Shown here: positions 39,297-49,674 of the stretch, piece by piece
How the letters are laid out: every line of letters starts with the position of its first letter
Position numbering within the stretch: the first letter of the stretch is position 1
Assembly (NCBI GenBank): GCA_963663805.2
Contig: CAXXMR010000009.1
Span: 224,001-288,000, forward strand
Direction: 5' to 3'
Length of the DNA stretch: 64,000 nucleotides
From: Sedimentisphaerales bacterium
GTDB taxonomy: Bacteria > Planctomycetota > Phycisphaerae > Sedimentisphaerales > SM23-30
Made by a program: the position numbers and the translations under genes
The notes under the pieces: generated by a model
Databases searched by the model: none
Told to the model about the DNA's origin: nothing
What the model saw: only the letters and a program-made list of their open reading frames with translations

Positions 39297-41597
39297 ATGG
39301 TTGAATTTGTATTCAGGATAGCCATGAGTCTGTTAATAATGATTAGTTCGGCTCAGGCATTAACTGCTGTATGGACCGGGCAGGTCAGTCAGGATTTTTC
39401 CGATACGCAAAACTGGGGAAATAGTATCCCGTTTGTTAATTCGGTGATGATTTCTGATATTGGTAGCCAGTCCCCGATTATCTATGCTGGTACGAATATC
39501 ACCTTTGGCAGCGGAAAAGATTGTTTTCTCGGTGCGGATGACCCCGGACTGCTGACTATGCAGGGCGGCAATGTTTCGCTGGACGATTTCGAGGTCGGCG
39601 GTGACTACTGGAGTACCGGCGGCGATACTGGGACATTCATTATGCAGGCAGGTACGTTTACTGCCACTGATACCTGGATTGGTGCCGGCCATAACGGAGA
39701 TGTTATTGTTAATGGCGGAATATTCAACGCCGGTGACAATCTCATAATCGGTGGTATAGGCCCTCACAAAGGATATGTTGGGCCGGGCAGCCTGGTTGTA
39801 AACAGCGGCATAGTCAATGCCGGCAGTATTGATATGGCCGCGGGCAGTACTGCCCAGATAACCTTCGCTGGCAACGGCCTTGTCGAAGCTTCAGCGATAA
39901 ACATGCGCACAAATGCCCAGTTGAATTTTGTGGTAAATGAGGACACCAACAAGCCATTGGTTCTGACCAGTACGAATTTGGCTGATTATACTATCGCGGG
40001 AACCATTGATACTTCGTTTGCGGGCGAAGCACTCGAAGGAGTCTATGAGATAGCGTCTTTCGCGGCGGATTTAACTTCGGTTGACTTTGCCGGAATGATT
40101 TCCGGCACTGCCCAGACACAGGGCTGGTCACTTAAAATAATTTCTGACGGTAATGACGGCAGCATACTCCAGGCGATTTACGGCGTCGATTGTGAAGCCC
40201 TGACTCTGCAAGGTTACCGGGTTGTGGGTGATACCAACGGTGATTGCGTGGTTGATATGGTTGACTTTGCAGCCCTGGCGAATAACTGGCAGATAACCGA
40301 CAATCCCGCCGTTGAACATATCGGCACTTCGGGAGCTGCTGGCCGTACAATTGCCACCATAGCATCAGAGAGTATCCTCTATACGGTTCCCGATACCGCT
40401 ATTTATACTTCTACTCCCGGTATTGCTGTCTGTCCCGGCGGAAGACTGGTGGCGACTTTTCAGGTTAGCGGAGATGACACTGTTTACAACCAAATACCGG
40501 AAGTAGCCGCCGGTGGGCGAACTTTTGTTTATACTTCCGACGACCACGGCCGCTCCTGGCAGCATCGTGCCAATGTTGATATTCTTCATGCCCGTTCTTT
40601 TGTCGCCGGTGAAAAGCTCTACATCTTGGGCCAACGGGGAGACCTGAGAATCAGCCGCTCCGATGACTGGGGACTAACCTGGAGCAGCCATGTCCTTCTG
40701 ACCAGCGGTGAATCATGGAACGGTTCAGCCGCCGGGATATGGTACAAAGGTGATTATGTTTACCTGGCCATGGAAAGATACCAGTACGATGAATCTGAGG
40801 CTTGGGCGGTGGCGGAGTTTGCTCCCATTCTTCTGCGTGGCGATATAACTCAGAATCTTCTTGTCGCCTCCAACTGGACATTATCAACTGCGGGTGCGTA
40901 TGTAGATTATTTTGACGACCAAACAATAGATACTCTTTTCGGCTTGCCGTTCTATCCCGCGTTTTACCCTGACCGCTATTATTTCCCCAATGCCGGCACG
41001 CGTAGTTTCAGTCCTATGGGATGGCTGGAAACCAATGTTGTGCAAATCGTTGACCCGTATCATAATCTCTACGACCCCGAAGAAAAGACCATGCATCTTA
41101 TTATGCGGGCTAATACCGGCTTGACTAACCTGGCGTGTATGCTGAAAGTTGTGGAATATGCCGACGGTTCCATGCGTACGCGTATTCAGGCGGCGCCATC
41201 CGGCAAGAATCTGGTTTATCTGGCCCTGCCCGGCGGCCAGATGCGGTTTCACATTCTCTATGATGATGTTACCCAGCTTTATTGGCTCTTGAGTACCCAA
41301 TCTACCGACAGCATGACTCAGGCCCAGTATTTACCCGCTGATAGATTTGGCGGCCCTGAGAACGAAAGAAGAAGGCTGCAACTGCATTTCTCCAAAAATC
41401 TTTTCGACTGGTGCTTTGCCGGCCTGGTTGCTGTCGGCCCTACGGAAATACAATCCCGTCATTATGCTTCGATGGCCATAGATGGGGACGATCTGGTTAT
41501 ATTATCTCGTTCGGGCAACGAAAACGCTGATAGTGCCCATAATACCAATATGGTAACATTCCACATTATTGAAGGTTTCCGTGAACTGGTATATTAA
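39297..41597 (+). CDS. Secreted modular protein: beta-repeat domain + dockerin-like + sialidase-like BNR domain
   Basis: N-half resembles 35710; GDTNGDCVVDMVDFAALANNW; C-half is a close paralog of 37970. Confidence 0.8.
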   Translation: MVEFVFRIAMSLLIMISSAQALTAVWTGQVSQDFSDTQNWGNSIPFVNSVMISDIGSQSPIIYAGTNITFGSGKDCFLGADDPGLLTMQGGNVSLDDFEVGGDYWSTGGDTGTFIMQAGTFTATDTWIGAGHNGDVIVNGGIFNAGDNLIIGGIGPHKGYVGPGSLVVNSGIVNAGSIDMAAGSTAQITFAGNGLVEASAINMRTNAQLNFVVNEDTNKPLVLTSTNLADYTIAGTIDTSFAGEALEGVYEIASFAADLTSVDFAGMISGTAQTQGWSLKIISDGNDGSILQAIYGVDCEALTLQGYRVVGDTNGDCVVDMVDFAALANNWQITDNPAVEHIGTSGAAGRTIATIASESILYTVPDTAIYTSTPGIAVCPGGRLVATFQVSGDDTVYNQIPEVAAGGRTFVYTSDDHGRSWQHRANVDILHARSFVAGEKLYILGQRGDLRISRSDDWGLTWSSHVLLTSGESWNGSAAGIWYKGDYVYLAMERYQYDESEAWAVAEFAPILLRGDITQNLLVASNWTLSTAGAYVDYFDDQTIDTLFGLPFYPAFYPDRYYFPNAGTRSFSPMGWLETNVVQIVDPYHNLYDPEEKTMHLIMRANTGLTNLACMLKVVEYADGSMRTRIQAAPSGKNLVYLALPGGQMRFHILYDDVTQLYWLLSTQSTDSMTQAQYLPADRFGGPENERRRLQLHFSKNLFDWCFAGLVAVGPTEIQSRHYASMAIDGDDLVILSRSGNENADSAHNTNMVTFHIIEGFRELVY

Positions 41598-41705
41598 GGA
41601 CATCCCCCGGCAATTCAATTTTAGCTGAGAACCAAGATTTTTCGCCAGGCCCACGCCCAAACAACAGTGGATTCCTGCAAATATACATAATCTTCCGTCA
41701 TCTTA

Positions 41706-41740
41706 TTCGTAAAATGGTTCTATTTAGTCACAAAGTGAGG
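41706..41740 (+). promoter_or_regulatory. XylR-type operator, variant B
   Basis: TTCGTAAAATGGTTCTATTTAGTCACAAAGTG; near-identical to 45701-45732. Confidence 0.65.
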
Positions 41741-41823
41741 TGTTTTTCCTCTGTCCGGCCTGCTAAGCTAGATGTTATGGTAGATTTGACACATTTTAGC
41801 TACGCATACAGGAATAAGCAGAA

Positions 41824-42825
41824 TTGGACAGGCCGACAATACCTATAATCGTTGATACTGATATTGGGGGCGATATTGATGATGCCTGGGCTTTGGCGTT
41901 ATTATTGCAGAGTCCGGAATTTGATATCAAGCTGATTACCACATCCGTGGGGGATACCCTTTCGCGGGCAAAGATTACCGCCAAACTGCTGCAAGCGGCA
42001 GGTCGGTGTGATATTCCGATAGGGATAGGTTTGTCGGACGTGAAAATGAATTGCTATTGCGATTCCTGGGCAAAAGATTATGACCTCGCAAAATATCCGG
42101 GCAAAATCTATACTCGCCGGCAAGTCGCTAGTGTTATTGCTGATACAATAATGCGAAGCGATAGAGAAGTAACGCTTTTGACTCTGGCGCCATTGACAAA
42201 TATTGCGGCTGCTTTGGATGTGGACAGAAGAATCACTTCTCGCTCGCGTATAGCAGGTATGCTGGGCAGTGTTTATGTGGGCTATAACGGAACCACGATG
42301 CCTGCAAAGGAATGTAATGTTGTCAATGATATTGCCTCGGCTCAGAAAATATTTGCCTCAGACTGGGATATTACTATAACTCCGCTGGATACTTGCGGCA
42401 TGGTTAAATTGAAGGGGGAAAATTATCAGAGAGTTTATAACTGCAAACTGCCCTTAATGAGGGCCTTGATGGAAAATTATGAAGTCTGGATTGAGAGACC
42501 AGGCTATGACGTACATCCTTATGCTGTCATCTCCGAACTTCCGGTAATAAGCTCAACGCTGTTTGATACCGTGGCGGTTTATATGGCGTTGAGTACAGAT
42601 TTCCTGGAGATGCAGAGAACGACGCTAACAGTCTCCGATGAGGGTCGCACTGTAGTTGATGAGGGGGGCAGGGAAGTGAATTGTGCGTTGAAATGGAAGA
42701 ATCTAGCTGCTTTTGAAAATTTTATAACCGAGCGTCTTGTAAATGGGGTTTTGAGCCCAAATAGACATTTTGAAGAAGCGGCGGCGAGCAATAGAAGAGC
42801 TGTTAAAATGGCTCGAAAAGTCTAA
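41824..42825 (+). CDS. Nucleoside hydrolase (IU-NH family)
   Basis: DTDIGGDIDD Ca-binding motif, PLTNIA, ECNVVND and TLFDTVAV. Confidence 0.88.
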   Translation: MDRPTIPIIVDTDIGGDIDDAWALALLLQSPEFDIKLITTSVGDTLSRAKITAKLLQAAGRCDIPIGIGLSDVKMNCYCDSWAKDYDLAKYPGKIYTRRQVASVIADTIMRSDREVTLLTLAPLTNIAAALDVDRRITSRSRIAGMLGSVYVGYNGTTMPAKECNVVNDIASAQKIFASDWDITITPLDTCGMVKLKGENYQRVYNCKLPLMRALMENYEVWIERPGYDVHPYAVISELPVISSTLFDTVAVYMALSTDFLEMQRTTLTVSDEGRTVVDEGGREVNCALKWKNLAAFENFITERLVNGVLSPNRHFEEAAASNRRAVKMARKV

Positions 42826-42889
42826 CTCCAGGTTCAGTTACCACTTCTGCTTAGTCGGCGGATTGTTTTCGTCCGCAGAAAAAGAAGGA

Positions 42890-43690
42890 TTAGCGGGCAC
42901 TGAAATTCAGATAATCTTTGGTGTTGCTCAACCATTCCGGCCAGGTGTGTTCGGGCAGATTATACTCGTTCCATTTCCGATGCCATTTCAGGTCCCAAAG
43001 CTCACGCAGGCCGACCTTCTGTACCGACAAATCCATGAAAACCCAGTTGACCGACATGTTGTGGCGGTCCATGCAGAAACGGGCCATGTTATTGCCGGTA
43101 GTTTCGTCCCAGGCGTGTTTGCCGGGGACAATCGAACCCGGTCTGTCATTATAATAAGGATTGTTTGCGAAAGGATAGCTCGCGTCGCCCAGTATGGGGA
43201 TCATGTAGGCGTTACTGAAAACACTCTGCTTCCAGAGTTTGGCTTCGTCGGCCGGGGCCATACTGGTTTGAAAGTCGTTCCAATGGCTTAGAATCCAGTC
43301 ATTTTGCCCATAACTAAAATGCGGGTATGTCTCATTCCATTGCGGAATAAAACCGCCCCAGGCAGCGTGCGGATGTTTGCCGCTTTGATCTTCGGGTATG
43401 ACGGCTTCGGGGCAAAGGTAAAGCTCCTGCTGAGCGCCGATGTAGGTGTCCAGCAGTTCCGGCCAGGCATGTTTCAGGCGAATATTGAACTGGCTGGGGA
43501 ATAACTGCTTGTTGTCTTCCAGATACATCGCGTAGCCCAGCCCCCATTGACGCAGATTGGACATACAGACAACGTTCTTGGCTTCTTTGCGGGCCGAGCC
43601 CAATGCGGGTAAAAGAATTGATACCAGCAAGGCAATGATTGCCACAACTACCAGCAGTTCAACCAGGGTGAAACCTTTACGTTTTTCCAT
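42890..43690 (-). CDS. Prepilin-type N-methylation / H-X9-DG-like protein
   Basis: [42 protein letters not shown] and [15 protein letters not shown]. Confidence 0.88.
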   Translation of the reverse strand: MEKRKGFTLVELLVVVAIIALLVSILLPALGSARKEAKNVVCMSNLRQWGLGYAMYLEDNKQLFPSQFNIRLKHAWPELLDTYIGAQQELYLCPEAVIPEDQSGKHPHAAWGGFIPQWNETYPHFSYGQNDWILSHWNDFQTSMAPADEAKLWKQSVFSNAYMIPILGDASYPFANNPYYNDRPGSIVPGKHAWDETTGNNMARFCMDRHNMSVNWVFMDLSVQKVGLRELWDLKWHRKWNEYNLPEHTWPEWLSNTKDYLNFSAR

Positions 43691-43797
43691 TGTTCATAAT
43701 CCTTTTGGGGGCCTGCTTACGTTGTTTATGCAAAAGTGTAAGTTAAAAAATGCGACGGTGCCGTGTTTAGCGACACCGCCGCCTGGAGGTTTACGTT

Positions 43798-45423
43798 TTA
43801 CGGCCAGATGCCGTTTGCCATCCATTCACTGGCCAGCAGGGCGAAATCTGACAAATCAACCGCACAGTCGTCATTCAGGTCGTATGTCGGCGGGGTGAGG
43901 CATTGAGCTAAACGGAGCCGCAAGTTATCGACATAAATCGTACCTGAGCCGCTGGCCTGGGGACTATTCTTGTCGCCGATACCGATGGTCATGGTGTCGA
44001 TGCTGGTCATGTCCAGAGTTGGGTTGGCGTCGGTGAAATCACTCAGGGCGATACGCCAGATGTTCCAGCTTGGGTCTTGAGTGACTATGGCGTCGTTCTG
44101 AACCAGGGCGGTGTTGGTACCGTCACTCATTTCGACGTACATTTTCTCGCCGGAATTTGCCGTAGCGCCATAGTACCATACTTGCATTTGTACCACGCTG
44201 TAACTGTTGAAATCTTCCCGCAGACCCGTGGCGGTCGTTTCGGAATAGAAAGGCGCGACCGAGTTGTTGTACGCCACCTGCATGGCCTGGCCGCCTTGAG
44301 CAGGGCTGCCGGTCAGGGATACATCCACACCGGCACCTTCGGCCCAGACCAGCTCCAGGTTCGGGTCGCCAACGTAGGTTTCAAATTCTTCTACCGGCAG
44401 AGAGCCGCGGGTGCTAAATGACCAGACATCACCGGTATAGGTTTCCGGGGTATCCAGGTCGATTTCATCGACCCGCCAGTAATAGGTTGCGGCAAAGTCT
44501 ACTTCGCCCAGTTCGTAAGAGGTGGTTTCGATATCATCGGCCACCAGGGCAAGACTACAGGGGTCGGTGCCGAAATACACATCGTGTTTGTCAGCGGTAG
44601 CTCCGGGCTCCCAGGTCAGGGTGACGTAGGGTTCAGGAATAAGTGTACCTATTCCCGGTGAGGGTCCCCAGGCATTGAAGAGGTATTCATTATTGTTGGG
44701 AGAAATGAGGACGGTATCGGTGCCGTCATAAATTACTGTGGGGTCCAGAGTGTCGTCTTCAGCGGTTATCATCTCGGCATCGATCCACGTTTGAATCTGC
44801 GTTCTCTGGTCACCGGCGATTTCCAGTCTGCCATTGCCGCCTATGTCAATAACACCACCCGCGTACATCATAAGATAACCAGTTGTGATTACACCGCCGT
44901 CGAGATTGACATAACTTTCGCTGGCTTCGCTGTCCTGAAAAGGGACAAAAAAACCAGTATTGCTGCCAGTTGTATTGTTGTCACCGTAGATTTCCAGTTT
45001 GCCGGCGGTCATGTTCAGAATACCGATACCGCCGTTATCGCCCAATACCAGGTCACGGGTATAAATGTAAGAGGTCGGGCCGGTAATATTGATTATGCCG
45101 GTGCCCATGGAAACGGTAGCGACATTCCAGTAGCTGGTGTTTTGCATTTCGCCGCCGGTGAATGTCATCGTTGTGGTAACGGGCGTGTTGTATGTTGGTC
45201 CGATGATCTTTCGGGGGTTCACATAGTCGCCTTCTTCAATCAGGATCGTTCCGCCGGCTTCTTCCAGCAGAACCCGTTCGCCTGCATCAGGCAGAGTGTC
45301 AGCGTCCCAGTTTTCCGCGGTCAGCCAGCGGTCGTCGGCTCCGCCTCCGTCCCAGGTTTGGTCAGCGACGGTGTAGGTACTAACCATGGTAACCGCCAGC
45401 AAAACAATCAGGTTTTTCATCAT
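43798..45423 (-). CDS. Secreted multi-domain protein with C-terminal dockerin-like motif
   Basis: Signal peptide; WDGGG..ENW start; Ig/Fn3-like HDVYFGTD...YYWRVDE...GDVWSF; CBM-like IYVDNLRL; YDLNDDCAVDLSDFALLASEW. Confidence 0.78.
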   Translation of the reverse strand: MMKNLIVLLAVTMVSTYTVADQTWDGGGADDRWLTAENWDADTLPDAGERVLLEEAGGTILIEEGDYVNPRKIIGPTYNTPVTTTMTFTGGEMQNTSYWNVATVSMGTGIINITGPTSYIYTRDLVLGDNGGIGILNMTAGKLEIYGDNNTTGSNTGFFVPFQDSEASESYVNLDGGVITTGYLMMYAGGVIDIGGNGRLEIAGDQRTQIQTWIDAEMITAEDDTLDPTVIYDGTDTVLISPNNNEYLFNAWGPSPGIGTLIPEPYVTLTWEPGATADKHDVYFGTDPCSLALVADDIETTSYELGEVDFAATYYWRVDEIDLDTPETYTGDVWSFSTRGSLPVEEFETYVGDPNLELVWAEGAGVDVSLTGSPAQGGQAMQVAYNNSVAPFYSETTATGLREDFNSYSVVQMQVWYYGATANSGEKMYVEMSDGTNTALVQNDAIVTQDPSWNIWRIALSDFTDANPTLDMTSIDTMTIGIGDKNSPQASGSGTIYVDNLRLRLAQCLTPPTYDLNDDCAVDLSDFALLASEWMANGIWP

Positions 45424-45525
45424 TTCTTGTTCTCCTTCAAAAAAAGTTTTCTCTGTTCTGCGTTAAACAAGCAGCTTGTCAGCTTGTACGATTATATTCT
45501 ATTGATTATTATCGACTTGGGGCAA

Positions 45526-45560
45526 TCCCACTTTGCGCCAAATTAGACCCACTTTACGAA
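45526..45560 (-). promoter_or_regulatory. XylR-type operator, variant B
   Basis: Minus strand TTCGTAAAGTGGGTCTAATTTGGCGCAAAGTGGGA; 21-bp half-site spacing; upstream of 45423. Confidence 0.6.
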
Positions 45561-45700
45561 CAAGAGATGTTCCTCGACTAAATATTTTATGATTTTCGCG
45601 ATATTCCCAGTGGCTGAATAATACCGATGTTTATTATGTAATACCTAACATACTGTTATATAAGTGGATATGCCAAATTGTTCTGGTGTTCATCGACTTG

Positions 45701-45735
45701 TTCGCAAAATGGTTGTATTTAGTCACGAAATGGTA
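45701..45735 (+). promoter_or_regulatory. XylR-type operator, variant B
   Basis: TTCGCAAAATGGTTGTATTTAGTCACGAAATG upstream of 45809. Confidence 0.65.
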
Positions 45736-45808
45736 AAGATTTTGGCGAAAAAAATGTTAGAATCAATTAACGACCGAAATAATAGTCTATTTTGTAAAGG
45801 AACCGTAA

Positions 45809-46951
45809 ATGCCTTTAGTCAAACCTCTGGCGAAATTATTGATGGGTATTGTTTTGGCTTTTTCGACGGGTTGTATGTACATACTTGCTGATGATAAGCC
45901 GGCGGGGACAAATGTTTGTGAAAATCTAGTAGTTTATCATTCGCCGGAACAGTTTTGCGGCTGGCCCGCCAATGAGGGGTTGTGGCAGTGGGGTAATGAA
46001 TTGCTGGTTGGGTTTGAGGTTGCCAGTTACGACAAAAATGACAGCGGCCACAGTATCGACCGCCAGAGCCCCAAGGCGATCTATTTCGCTCGCAGTATCG
46101 ATGGTGGCCAATCGTGGCAGGTTGAAAAGCCCGCGGAAATCGCACCGCCTGCTTATCTGGAAGATCCCGACCGTTATAAAACCGGCGAGTTCGCCAGTAA
46201 GAAACTTGCAGGAGCAATAAACTTTGCCCACCCGGATTTCGCTATGAAGCTGCGGGCCCAAAGATTTTATGTTTCCTATAATCGCGGCGGGCAATGGCAG
46301 GGGCCTTACGATTTACCGGATTTTGGCTCGAAGCTTATTATGTGTCGAACTGATTATATCGTGCTGGACAAACATGACTGCCTGATATTCTCAACAGCAT
46401 CTGATTACGGCGGTAATTACGGTCGGAGTTTTGCGGCCCGTACTCGTGACGGCGGACTAAGCTGGGAAATTGAAGGCTGGATGACAGCAGAAGATTTCCC
46501 GCCCGTTGAGTTTGAGCGTTTCGCGTTTTCGATTATGCCTTCTACGATTCGTCTGGACCAGAACACGCTGTTGACTGCTTTGCGTCAGCGGGTGGAAAAA
46601 CGCAAATGGCTGGAATTGTACCGCAGTGGTGACCTGGGTAAAACCTGGAAGTCGGTATCTGAGATTGTCGATAACGTTAATAATCCACCTTCGCTGCTGC
46701 ATCTTGAGGATGGCCGACTTGTGATGGTGTATTGTTTTCGTGGCGAGAAGCCGGGCCTAAGGGCCAAACTTAGTTCCGATAACGGCGAAACCTGGTCGGA
46801 AGAATACGTTCTTCGTGATGATGCCAAAAGCTGGGATATTGGTTATGTCCGCTCGGCCCAACTGCCGGACGGAAAGATTGTGAGTATATATTATTATCAT
46901 ACCGAGCAAATGCCCGAACAACACATTGCCGCAACGATATGGCAGCCTTGA
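45809..46951 (+). CDS. Sialidase-like BNR protein (possible lipoprotein)
   Basis: AFSTGC possible lipobox; Asp boxes SIDGGQSW, TRDGGLSW, SGDLGKTW and SSDNGETWS; DIGY. Confidence 0.82.
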   Translation: MPLVKPLAKLLMGIVLAFSTGCMYILADDKPAGTNVCENLVVYHSPEQFCGWPANEGLWQWGNELLVGFEVASYDKNDSGHSIDRQSPKAIYFARSIDGGQSWQVEKPAEIAPPAYLEDPDRYKTGEFASKKLAGAINFAHPDFAMKLRAQRFYVSYNRGGQWQGPYDLPDFGSKLIMCRTDYIVLDKHDCLIFSTASDYGGNYGRSFAARTRDGGLSWEIEGWMTAEDFPPVEFERFAFSIMPSTIRLDQNTLLTALRQRVEKRKWLELYRSGDLGKTWKSVSEIVDNVNNPPSLLHLEDGRLVMVYCFRGEKPGLRAKLSSDNGETWSEEYVLRDDAKSWDIGYVRSAQLPDGKIVSIYYYHTEQMPEQHIAATIWQP

Positions 46952-46968
46952 TTTTAAGGGAAATTTTT

Positions 46969-48501
46969 ATGATTAGTATATCCAGAAAAACCATATTAAT
47001 TTTGGCGGGTTGTTTTTCGTTCGTTTCTTTGTCATTTGCGGCGGATTATTACTGGGATGGCGGCGGTTCTGATGATAACTGGATAACAGTGCAAAACTGG
47101 ACCGGGGATATTATTCCTCCACCTGCTGAAAGAGTCATTCTTGACGGTGCAGGCCAGACCATAATTATCGCTTCCGGTGTTAGTGTTGTCCCACGTAAAA
47201 TTCTCGGCCCCTGCGAGAACACCGCGGGAACCGTTACGCTTACTGTTGCTGGCGAACTGACCAACACCAGCTATTGGTATATGGCCCGTGACACCGCCGG
47301 TGTCGGGATATTGAATATCGACGGCGGTACTGTCAATACGCGTGATTTGATTGTCGCCGCGGGGGATTCATATACCGGGATTGTCAATATCGACAGCGGA
47401 CTGCTGAATATCAATGGAGATACCGAGGGTGTTGGTGCTTGTTTTGGCTATGACCCGACTGCCGGCACGACCAGCGGCTCCGCTCAGATTAATATAAATA
47501 GCGGCATACTTCAGGTTTCATTTTTGAATACGATGGGGTCTAATGCTCTTATCAATATTTCTCAGGGGCAAATGATCCTGCCCGGCGACCAGCAAACGCT
47601 GATAGAAAATTATATCAACGCCGGACAAATCATCGGCTATAGCGGTTCCGGTGTCGCGGCGGTCGATTATGATAATCTCAATCCCGGCAAAACGACTGTT
47701 TACGCTTTTGCTGATATTCAGACGGTAATCGCTTCGGTTGATGCCGGATCGACGGTTTATATTCCCGCTGGAACTTACGATGAGGGCAGTTTTAATATCG
47801 ACAAATCTATTACCTTGATAGCTTCTGCCGGCCCGGAAAACACCGTTATAAATATCAGTGGTAATGGCTTGTGTGTTATTTCTGACGATATAAGCATCGA
47901 TGGTTTCACTATTCGCAACCAGACTTTATCGCTAACCTACCTGCTGCGGGTAGGTAGATCTAATACCAATGCCGTTTCGCCGGTAACAAATTTTCGTATG
48001 GAAAATTGCATTCTCCAGACCGACAATCTCACCGACGGCATTACCGTTTATGGCGACAATGACAACGTTGATATCCTTTCCTGCACCATTCATGATTGTG
48101 TAAATGGGATAGTAATCTATGATAACGCTCTCAACGTTTCCATCATCAATAACGATATTTACGAAAATTCCTATGGCATCCGTGTGCTGGGTTCGCAGGA
48201 CCAGCTTGCGATTTTGTCAAACGGTATTTACTGGAACACGAGCTATGCGATTGCCAACTCCGGCACGGTTGCGGTAGTTGCCGAGAATAATTACTGGGGC
48301 CACTATACCGGTCCTTATCATGCCCAGTTAAATCCTGCCGGGCAGGCCAATGCGGTTTCAGACCATGTTAATTTTGAACCATTTCTGGTGGGCTGTTCCG
48401 ATGACCGCTGGAATTTGTGTCCCGCCGGTGATCTTAACAAAGACTGTATGACGAATCTTACCGACCTGGCGATCCTCGCTTCAGGATGGCTCCAAAACTA
48501 A
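46969..48501 (+). CDS. Secreted protein with right-handed beta-helix domain and dockerin-like tail
   Basis: Signal peptide; N-domain like 43798; TVYIPAGTY, ISIDGFTI, NNDIYEN and AENNYWG; GDLNKDCMTNLTDLAILASGWL. Confidence 0.78.
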   Translation: MISISRKTILILAGCFSFVSLSFAADYYWDGGGSDDNWITVQNWTGDIIPPPAERVILDGAGQTIIIASGVSVVPRKILGPCENTAGTVTLTVAGELTNTSYWYMARDTAGVGILNIDGGTVNTRDLIVAAGDSYTGIVNIDSGLLNINGDTEGVGACFGYDPTAGTTSGSAQININSGILQVSFLNTMGSNALINISQGQMILPGDQQTLIENYINAGQIIGYSGSGVAAVDYDNLNPGKTTVYAFADIQTVIASVDAGSTVYIPAGTYDEGSFNIDKSITLIASAGPENTVINISGNGLCVISDDISIDGFTIRNQTLSLTYLLRVGRSNTNAVSPVTNFRMENCILQTDNLTDGITVYGDNDNVDILSCTIHDCVNGIVIYDNALNVSIINNDIYENSYGIRVLGSQDQLAILSNGIYWNTSYAIANSGTVAVVAENNYWGHYTGPYHAQLNPAGQANAVSDHVNFEPFLVGCSDDRWNLCPAGDLNKDCMTNLTDLAILASGWLQN

Positions 48502-48513
48502 AAGGCTGATTAT

Positions 48514-49584
48514 ATGAATTATTCGCGTAACTCAATCTTTGTGCTTTTCATTCTCTTGTTTTGCGTCCTGCCTTTGGCTGCTCAGAGTCAAGATGTGATT
48601 GTTTATTATAATCCCGAAAATTTCTGCGGCTGGCCCGCTAATGAGGGCATCTGGTCCTGGGGCAACGAAATAGTCGTTGGCTTCAATCTCGGCGATTATC
48701 TGTATAATCCCGATGGTCATAGCCATGACCCGTCCGTGCCGCTCCAGACCATCCAGGCTCGCAGTACCGACGGTGGAGAGACCTGGACCGTTGAATACCC
48801 CGAAGCTTTCGCGAACGACAAGCCCTATGAATCCGCCCACGGACACATCAATTTTACGCATCCCGATTTCGCTATGAAGCTTCGCTATCGCCGCCTGTGT
48901 TATTCCTACAACCGGGGACAGTCCTGGTTCGGCCCATTCGAATTACCCAAAATGGACCAGGTCGGCATACGTTCCCGCACGGATTATATGGTTAATTCCC
49001 AGTGTGAGGCTTTGTTTTTTGTTCCCGTTGACAAACCGGACGGCAAACCCGATCGCTGCATGGCTTTCAAGACCAGCAATGGCGGCGGCACTTTCGAATT
49101 CCTTTCCTATATGTCACCCTGTCCGCCGCTGGAAGTTGGCGACGGTGACTATACCACCATGCCCGCGACGGTTAAAGTTGCCGAGAGAACTTATATCAGT
49201 GCCCTGCGTCAGCGTCGCGCTTCGCAGAATAATGTCAAATGGATGGATATTTATCGTTCGGAAGACAATTGCAAGACCTGGCAGTTCCTCAGCAATCCCG
49301 TTCGGGGCCAATGGAATCCCGCCAGCCTCATAAAACTTGCCGATGGGCGAATCTGCCTGACCTACGGCTGGCGAGGCGTGCCGCAAGGTATAAGAGCCAA
49401 ACTAAGCTCCGACAACTGTCAAACCTGGTCCGATGAAATTATCCTCCGCGACGACGGCAAGAGCTGGGATCTGGGCTATCCCCGTTCGGTGCAGCGGCCC
49501 GACGGCAAGGTCGTTACCGTTTACTATTTTACTACTGACGAGAAACCCGAACAGCACATCGCCGCGACGATATGGCAGCCTTGA
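48514..49584 (+). CDS. Secreted sialidase-like BNR protein (paralog of 45809)
   Basis: FCGWPANEG, STDGGETW, SSDNCQTWS, DLGYP and EQHIAATIWQP. Confidence 0.82.
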   Translation: MNYSRNSIFVLFILLFCVLPLAAQSQDVIVYYNPENFCGWPANEGIWSWGNEIVVGFNLGDYLYNPDGHSHDPSVPLQTIQARSTDGGETWTVEYPEAFANDKPYESAHGHINFTHPDFAMKLRYRRLCYSYNRGQSWFGPFELPKMDQVGIRSRTDYMVNSQCEALFFVPVDKPDGKPDRCMAFKTSNGGGTFEFLSYMSPCPPLEVGDGDYTTMPATVKVAERTYISALRQRRASQNNVKWMDIYRSEDNCKTWQFLSNPVRGQWNPASLIKLADGRICLTYGWRGVPQGIRAKLSSDNCQTWSDEIILRDDGKSWDLGYPRSVQRPDGKVVTVYYFTTDEKPEQHIAATIWQP

Positions 49585-49674
49585 TGCAAAGTAGAGAAAA
49601 CAGCATATAACTTGACCGGCGGAAACCGATACGCTATATACAAACATGTTTAATTATAATCGAGCTATCGCAAA

